In this document: positions 57,946-64,000 of the stretch, piece after piece
Numbering within the stretch: the stretch's first letter is position 1
Layout of the letters: every line of letters starts with the position of its first letter
NCBI RefSeq assembly: GCF_003334765.1
Contig: NZ_QOWT01000006.1
DNA: 64,000 bases
Strand: one strand, 5' to 3'
From: Escherichia coli
Lineage (GTDB): Bacteria; Pseudomonadota; Gammaproteobacteria; Enterobacterales; Enterobacteriaceae
Made by a program: the position numbers and the translations under genes
The notes under the pieces: generated by a model
Seen by the model: only the letters and a program-made list of their open reading frames with translations
Databases searched by the model: none
Told to the model about the DNA's origin: nothing

Positions 57946-59307
57946 ATGATGCAAACCGTTTTAGCGAAAATCGTCGCAGACAAGGCGATTTGGGTAGAAG
58001 CCCGCAAACAGCAGCAACCGCTGGCCAGTTTTCAGAATGAGGTTCAGCCGAGCACGCGACATTTTTATGATGCGCTACAGGGTGCGCGCACGGCGTTTAT
58101 TCTGGAGTGCAAGAAAGCGTCGCCGTCAAAAGGCGTGATCCGTGATGATTTCGATCCAGCACGCATTGCCGCCATTTATAAACATTACGCTTCGGCAATT
58201 TCGGTGCTGACTGATGAGAAATATTTTCAGGGGAGCTTTAATTTCCTCCCCATCGTCAGCCAAATCGCCCCGCAGCCGATTTTATGTAAAGACTTCATTA
58301 TCGACCCTTACCAGATCTATCTGGCGCGCTATTACCAGGCCGATGCCTGCTTATTAATGCTTTCAGTACTGGATGACGACCAATATCGCCAGCTTGCCGC
58401 CGTCGCTCACAGTCTGGAGATGGGGGTGCTGACCGAAGTCAGTAATGAAGAGGAACAGGAGCGCGCCATTGCATTGGGAGCAAAGGTCGTTGGCATCAAC
58501 AACCGCGATCTGCGTGATTTGTCGATTGATCTCAACCGTACCCGCGAGCTTGCGCCGAAACTGGGGCACAACGTGACGGTAATCAGCGAATCCGGCATCA
58601 ATACTTACGCTCAGGTGCGCGAGTTAAGCCACTTCGCTAACGGTTTTCTGATTGGTTCGGCGTTGATGGCCCATGACGATTTGCACGCCGCCGTGCGCCG
58701 GGTGTTGCTGGGTGAGAATAAAGTATGTGGCCTGACGCGTGGGCAAGATGCTAAAGCAGCTTATGACGCGGGCGCGATTTACGGTGGGTTGATTTTTGTT
58801 GCGACATCACCGCGTTGCGTCAACGTTGAACAGGCGCAGGAAGTGATGGCTGCGGCACCGTTGCAGTATGTTGGCGTGTTCCGCAATCACGATATTGCCG
58901 ATGTGGTGGACAAAGCTAAGGTGTTATCGCTGGCGGCAGTGCAACTGCATGGTAATGAAGAACAGCTGTATATCGATACGCTGCGTGAAGCTCTGCCAGC
59001 ACATGTTGCCATCTGGAAAGCATTAAGCGTCGGTGAAACCCTGCCCGCCCGCGAGTTTCAGCACGTTGATAAATATGTTTTAGACAACGGCCAGGGTGGA
59101 AGCGGGCAACGTTTTGACTGGTCACTATTAAATGGTCAATCGCTTGGCAACGTTCTGCTGGCGGGGGGCTTAGGCGCAGATAACTGCGTGGAAGCGGCAC
59201 AAACCGGCTGCGCCGGACTTGATTTTAATTCTGCTGTAGAGTCGCAACCGGGCATCAAAGACGCACGTCTTTTGGCCTCGGTTTTCCAGACGCTGCGCGC
59301 ATATTAA
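57946..59307 (+). CDS. trpC: bifunctional indole-3-glycerol-phosphate synthase / phosphoribosylanthranilate isomerase
   Basis: 453-aa [36 protein letters not shown]... Confidence 0.97.
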
Positions 59308-59318
59308 GGAAAGGAACA

Positions 59319-60512
59319 ATGACAACATTACTTAACCCCTATTTTGGTGAGTTTGGCGGCATGTACGTGCCACAAATCCTGATGCCTGCTCTGCGCCAGC
59401 TGGAAGAAGCTTTTGTCAGTGCGCAAAAAGATCCTGAATTTCAGGCTCAGTTCAACGACCTGCTGAAAAACTATGCCGGGCGTCCAACCGCGCTGACCAA
59501 ATGCCAGAACATTACAGCCGGGACGAACACCACGCTGTATCTCAAGCGTGAAGATTTGCTGCACGGCGGCGCGCATAAAACTAACCAGGTGCTGGGGCAG
59601 GCGTTGCTGGCGAAGCGGATGGGTAAAACCGAAATCATCGCCGAAACCGGTGCCGGTCAGCATGGCGTGGCGTCGGCCCTTGCCAGCGCCCTGCTCGGCC
59701 TGAAATGCCGTATTTATATGGGTGCCAAAGACGTTGAACGCCAGTCGCCTAACGTTTTTCGTATGCGCTTAATGGGTGCGGAAGTGATCCCGGTGCATAG
59801 CGGTTCCGCGACGCTGAAAGATGCCTGTAACGAGGCGCTGCGCGACTGGTCCGGTAGTTACGAAACCGCGCACTATATGCTGGGCACCGCAGCTGGCCCG
59901 CATCCTTATCCGACCATTGTGCGTGAGTTTCAGCGGATGATTGGCGAAGAAACCAAAGCGCAGATTCTGGAAAGAGAAGGTCGCCTGCCGGATGCCGTTA
60001 TCGCCTGTGTTGGCGGCGGTTCGAATGCCATCGGCATGTTTGCTGATTTCATCAATGAAACCAACGTCGGCCTGATTGGTGTGGAGCCAGGTGGTCACGG
60101 TATCGAAACTGGCGAGCACGGCGCACCGCTAAAACATGGTCGCGTGGGTATCTATTTCGGTATGAAAGCGCCGATGATGCAAACCGAAGACGGGCAGATT
60201 GAAGAATCTTACTCCATCTCCGCCGGACTGGATTTCCCGTCTGTCGGCCCACAACACGCGTATCTTAACAGCACTGGACGCGCTGATTACGTGTCTATTA
60301 CCGATGATGAAGCCCTTGAAGCCTTCAAAACGCTGTGCCTGCACGAAGGGATCATCCCGGCGCTGGAATCCTCCCACGCCCTGGCCCATGCGTTGAAAAT
60401 GATGCGCGAAAACCCGGATAAAGAGCAGCTACTGGTGGTTAACCTTTCCGGTCGCGGCGATAAAGACATCTTCACCGTTCACGATATTTTGAAAGCACGA
60501 GGGGAAATCTGA
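59319..60512 (+). CDS. trpB: tryptophan synthase beta chain
   Basis: 397-aa [35 protein letters not shown]... Confidence 0.97.
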
Positions 60513-61318
60513 TGGAACGCTACGAATCTCTGTTTGCCCAGTTGAAGGAGCGCAAAGAAGGCGCATTCGTTCCTTTCGTCACGCTCGGTGATCCGGGCAT
60601 TGAGCAGTCATTGAAAATTATCGATACGCTAATTGAAGCCGGTGCTGACGCGCTGGAGTTAGGTATCCCCTTCTCCGACCCACTGGCGGATGGCCCGACG
60701 ATTCAAAACGCCACTCTGCGCGCCTTTGCGGCAGGTGTGACTCCGGCACAATGTTTTGAAATGCTGGCACTGATTCGCCAGAAACACCCGACCATTCCCA
60801 TTGGCCTGTTGATGTATGCCAATCTGGTGTTTAACAAAGGCATTGATGAGTTTTATGCCCAGTGCGAAAAAGTCGGCGTCGATTCGGTGCTGGTTGCCGA
60901 TGTGCCAGTTGAAGAGTCCGCGCCCTTCCGCCAGGCCGCGTTGCGTCATAATGTCGCACCTATCTTCATCTGCCCGCCAAATGCCGATGACGACCTGCTG
61001 CGCCAGATAGCCTCTTACGGTCGTGGTTACACCTATTTGCTGTCACGAGCAGGCGTGACCGGCGCAGAAAACCGCGCCGCGTTACCCCTCAATCATCTGG
61101 TTGCGAAGCTGAAAGAGTACAACGCTGCACCTCCATTGCAGGGATTTGGTATTTCCGCCCCGGATCAGGTAAAAGCAGCGATTGATGCAGGAGCTGCGGG
61201 CGCGATTTCTGGTTCGGCCATTGTTAAAATCATCGAGCAACATATTAATGAGCCAGAGAAAATGCTGGCGGCACTGAAAGTTTTTGTACAACCGATGAAA
61301 GCGGCGACGCGCAGTTAA
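60512..61318 (+). CDS. trpA: tryptophan synthase alpha chain
   Basis: 268-aa [43 protein letters not shown]...; 1-nt overlap with trpB stop. Confidence 0.97.
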
Positions 61319-61323
61319 TCCCA

Positions 61324-61351
61324 CAGCCGCCAGTTCCGCTGGCGGCATTTT
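61324..61351 (+). terminator. trp operon terminator (trp t)
   Basis: cagccgccag-ttc-cgctggcggc hairpin followed by atttt, 6 nt after the trpA stop. Confidence 0.8.
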
Positions 61352-61698
61352 AACTTTCTTTAATGAAGCCGGAAAAATCCTAAATTCATTTAATATTTAT
61401 CTTTTTACCGTTTCGCTTACCCCGGTCGAACGTCAACTTACGTCATTTTTCCGCCCAACAGTAATATAATCAAACAAATTAATCCCGCAACATAACACCA
61501 GTAAAATCAATAATTTTCTCTAAGTCACTTATTCCTCAGGTAATTGTTAATATATCCAGAATGTTCCTCAAAATATATTTTCCCTCTATCTTCTCGTTGC
61601 GCTTAATTTGACTAATTCTCATTAGCGACTAATTTTAATGAGTGTCGACACACAACACTCATATTAATGAAACAATGCAACGCAACGGGAGAAATAAC

Positions 61699-61878
61699 AT
61701 GGCCGAACATCGTGGTGGTTCAGGAAATTTCGCCGAAGACCGTGAGAAGGCATCCGACGCAGGCCGTAAAGGCGGTCAGCATAGCGGCGGTAATTTTAAA
61801 AATGATCCGCAACGCGCATCTGAAGCGGGTAAAAAAGGCGGTCAACAAAGCGGTGGTAATAAATCAGGCAAATCCTGA
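61699..61878 (+). CDS. yciG: KGG-repeat stress-induced small protein
   Basis: ORF track 61642..61878; internal ATG start MAEHRGGSGNFAEDREKASDAGRKGGQHSGGNFKNDPQRASEAGKKGGQQSGGNKSGKS (59 aa). Confidence 0.85.
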   Translation: MAEHRGGSGNFAEDREKASDAGRKGGQHSGGNFKNDPQRASEAGKKGGQQSGGNKSGKS

Positions 61879-61963
61879 TTCACCGTTAATTATTAATATC
61901 AGCTGATAAAGATAATTGCATCTGCGGGCCGTATGGCTCGCAGTGATTTCACTGGAGAAAAAT

Positions 61964-62464
61964 ATGAATATGAAGACCATTGAAGATGTATTTATTCACC
62001 TGCTTTCAGATACCTACAGCGCAGAAAAACAATTAACCCGGGCACTGGCAAAACTCGCAAGAGCAACATCAAATGAAAAATTAAGTCAGGCTTTTCATGC
62101 GCACCTCGAGGAAACTCATGGACAGATTGAACGTATTGATCAAGTTGTGGAGTCCGAATCGAACCTGAAAATTAAGCGCATGAAATGTGTGGCAATGGAA
62201 GGTCTTATTGAAGAAGCTAATGAGGTCATCGAAAGTACCGAGAAAAACGAAGTGCGTGATGCCGCACTGATTGCCGCAGCACAGAAAGTCGAGCATTATG
62301 AGATTGCCAGTTACGGGACATTAGCGACGCTGGCTGAACAATTAGGTTACCGTAAAGCAGCGAAGCTTCTGAAAGAAACCCTGGAAGAAGAAAAGGCCAC
62401 CGACATCAAACTGACTGATCTGGCCATTAATAACGTAAATAAGAAAGCCGAAAATAAAGCCTGA
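61964..62464 (+). CDS. yciF: DUF892 ferritin-like stress protein
   Basis: ORF track 61916..62464; internal ATG start MNMKTIEDVFIHLLSDTYSAEKQLTRALAKLA... (166 aa). Confidence 0.9.
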   Translation: MNMKTIEDVFIHLLSDTYSAEKQLTRALAKLARATSNEKLSQAFHAHLEETHGQIERIDQVVESESNLKIKRMKCVAMEGLIEEANEVIESTEKNEVRDAALIAAAQKVEHYEIASYGTLATLAEQLGYRKAAKLLKETLEEEKATDIKLTDLAINNVNKKAENKA

Positions 62465-62509
62465 AATATGAATTTTAACTTTTAGTCATTTTATAAAGAG
62501 GACATTTTC

Positions 62510-63016
62510 ATGAATCGTATTGAACATTATCATGACTGGTTACGTGACGCCCACGCAATGGAAAAGCAAGCCGAATCTATGCTTGAATCCATGGCCAGCC
62601 GTATAGATAATTATCCTGAACTACGCGCTCGTATTGAACAACATCTTAGTGAAACCAAAAACCAGATTGTTCAACTGGAAACTATTCTTGATCGTAATGA
62701 CATTTCACGTTCAGTCATTAAAGATTCCATGAGTAAAATGGCTGCGCTTGGGCAGTCAATCGGTGGTATATTCCCTTCTGATGAAATAGTCAAAGGCTCT
62801 ATTAGCGGATATGTCTTCGAGCAATTTGAAATCGCCTGTTACACCTCACTATTAGCAGCAGCAAAAAATGCCGGTGATACAGCTTCAATTCCAACCATCG
62901 AAGCGATTTTAAATGAGGAAAAGCAAATGGCCGACTGGCTGATTCAGAATATTCCGCAAACAACTGAGAAATTTTTAATTCGCTCTGAAACTGATGGCGT
63001 AGAAGCGAAGAAATAA
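62510..63016 (+). CDS. yciE: DUF892 ferritin-like stress protein
   Basis: 168-aa ORF MNRIEHYHDWLRDAHAMEKQAESMLESMASRIDNYPELRARIEQHLSETK... Confidence 0.9.
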   Translation: MNRIEHYHDWLRDAHAMEKQAESMLESMASRIDNYPELRARIEQHLSETKNQIVQLETILDRNDISRSVIKDSMSKMAALGQSIGGIFPSDEIVKGSISGYVFEQFEIACYTSLLAAAKNAGDTASIPTIEAILNEEKQMADWLIQNIPQTTEKFLIRSETDGVEAKK

Positions 63017-63040
63017 TACCCTTTATACCATGTCCTTATT

Positions 63041-63068
63041 GACCCCGTATATTACGGGGTCGTTTTTG
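63041..63068 (+). terminator. rho-independent terminator after yciE (shared with convergent ompW remnant)
   Basis: gaccccgta-tat-tacggggtc hairpin followed by gtttttgtg. Confidence 0.7.
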
Positions 63069-63075
63069 TGCGGAA

Positions 63076-63195
63076 TTAAAAACGATATCCTGCTGAGAAC
63101 ATAAACACCCACGGATCGAGGCGTACGCTATCGTGTTGCTGTGCACCGCCCAGCTTATAATTGGCGGTGGTATCGATATCCATGTACCACACTGG
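63076..63195 (-). pseudogene. ompW: displaced 3' fragment of ompW (last 39 codons only, no start)
   Basis: Minus strand encodes PVWYMDIDTTANYKLGGAQQHDSVRLDPWVFMFSAGYRF* (OmpW C-terminus); an in-frame TGA lies immediately 5' and the upstream sequence is unrelated AT-rich DNA. Confidence 0.75.
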
Positions 63196-63504
63196 TAGGT
63201 TTCAAAAAACACAATAACCAATTGTATTTGAAGCAAAAAACAAGACTTTGAGATGTTTTTTTTGTACCTTTTTTTATGCTTTTAACTGTCTGATTTTATT
63301 GAAATCTTTTTTAGTTTTGCAGAAGGAATTTTTTACTTGATTGTAACTTTTTCGTTTTTTTGGGGCTAATTGACGCGCAATGCTGGGCGGGGAGCGCACA
63401 GCCAAAAAAACCGAAATTGACCGCTAATTACTGCCAATCATCATCGCTCTGATTGAGCGTAAATCATTCAGGTTATTCAGTTCTTCCTTCTGCTCTCGCT
63501 GACG

Positions 63505-63675
63505 TCAATAAATCCCATCATTGCGATCAACCTCATCCTTAACCATTGATGCGAGCAGTTCTTCCAGTTTCTGCGCTGACAGCTTTACCTGGTGATCTTC
63601 AGCATCTTCCCGGGCTATTGTGGTTCGCGCAGTGGCTGATTTTGCTGACATCACCACAGGGGGCAGACGGACCAT
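63505..63675 (-). CDS. hypothetical 56-aa protein within the prophage arm (MVRLPPVVMSAKSATARTTIAREDAEDHQVKLSAQKLEELLASMVKDEVDRNDGIY)
   Basis: Internal ATG of the 93-aa track ORF 63505..63786, whose own start is TTG; ggagg SD about 10 nt upstream; same strand as the tfa-like gene; no family recognised. Confidence 0.3.
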   Translation of the reverse strand: MVRLPPVVMSAKSATARTTIAREDAEDHQVKLSAQKLEELLASMVKDEVDRNDGIY

Positions 63676-63789
63676 TGAACCATGGCCTCCGGAACAAATA
63701 AGGGCAAAAATAACAACCACTATCGAAAGCTCACAAACTAACCGCAGCACGTTCCTGCATACGACGTGTCTGCGGCATAATCCCAATGA

Positions 63790-64000
63790 TTACTCCCTGA
63801 CAGGATTTGCAGGCCACTCAATATCAGGTGCAGTTGATGTATCAACACGATTCAACAATACCCGATATTTATTCCATGCCTCCAGCAACGATCTTTCTTC
63901 CTCCGTTGCGATTTCCAGATCTACAGCATCCTGCAGTGGCGCAATATACTCACTGAATTCCTGGATGTAGAACTGTGTGGTGACGGTCTTCCAGCCATTC
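63790..64000 (-). CDS. phage tail fibre assembly protein, C-terminal part (N-terminus beyond window end)
   Basis: Hand-translated: ...[69 protein letters not shown]; the W-x-K/R-YR-x-x-L-x-RVD-x-S-x-APDI-x-WP signature matches what I recall of lambdoid/P2 Tfa C-termini. Confidence 0.6.
   Translation of the reverse strand, partial: NGWKTVTTQFYIQEFSEYIAPLQDAVDLEIATEEERSLLEAWNKYRVLLNRVDTSTAPDIEWPANPVRE

Larger units (their letters stand above)
63196..64000. mobile_element. terminus of an integrated prophage-like element inserted in ompW (continues beyond window end)
   Basis: Abrupt loss of ompW reading frame at about 63195; AT-rich arm at about 63200-63360; phage tail-fibre-assembly C-terminal motif encoded at 63790-64000. 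Confidence 0.6.

Noticed and set aside
63036-63236. 66-aa minus-strand track ORF spanning the ompW/prophage junction
   Set aside because: It is out of frame with the OmpW C-terminus and runs across the breakpoint; it is an artefact of the junction rather than a gene.
63620-63970. 116-aa plus-strand ORF at the right edge
   Set aside because: It is antisense to the tfa-like frame and the 56-aa ORF, with a low-complexity translation; the opposite strand has the recognisable phage motif.

Overview
This window reads as a contiguous stretch of Escherichia coli core chromosome, in reverse-complement orientation relative to the usual K-12 map, with one accessory element at its right edge. Gene identities come from my recognition of the translated ORFs against remembered E. 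coli K-12 proteins; no database search was run. From left to right: the ycjS-ycjM sugar-utilisation/ABC-transport cluster, pspEDCBA with divergent pspF, the putrescine puuEBCRD/puuAP divergon, ymjA, sapABCDF, ycjD, fabI, yciW, rnb, pdeR, yciZ, yciT, osmB, yciH-pyrF-lapBA, pgpB, ribA, acnA with the upstream ymiA-yciX small ORFs, cysB, topA, yciN, sohB, yciK-cobO, rluB, yciQ-yciO-trpH, the complete trpLEDCBA operon with its promoter, attenuator and terminator, and yciGFE. All protein lengths match what I recall for K-12, and no intergenic gap is large enough to hide an inserted multi-gene system. The one clearly non-core feature is at 63196-64000: ompW is cut after its last 39 codons and followed by AT-rich DNA and the C-terminus of a phage tail-fibre-assembly-like protein, which I interpret as the terminus of a prophage integrated in ompW. 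I found no rRNA, tRNA or CRISPR array. Terminator, promoter and repeat coordinates were indexed by hand and may be off by a base or two; CDS coordinates are anchored to the ORF track.
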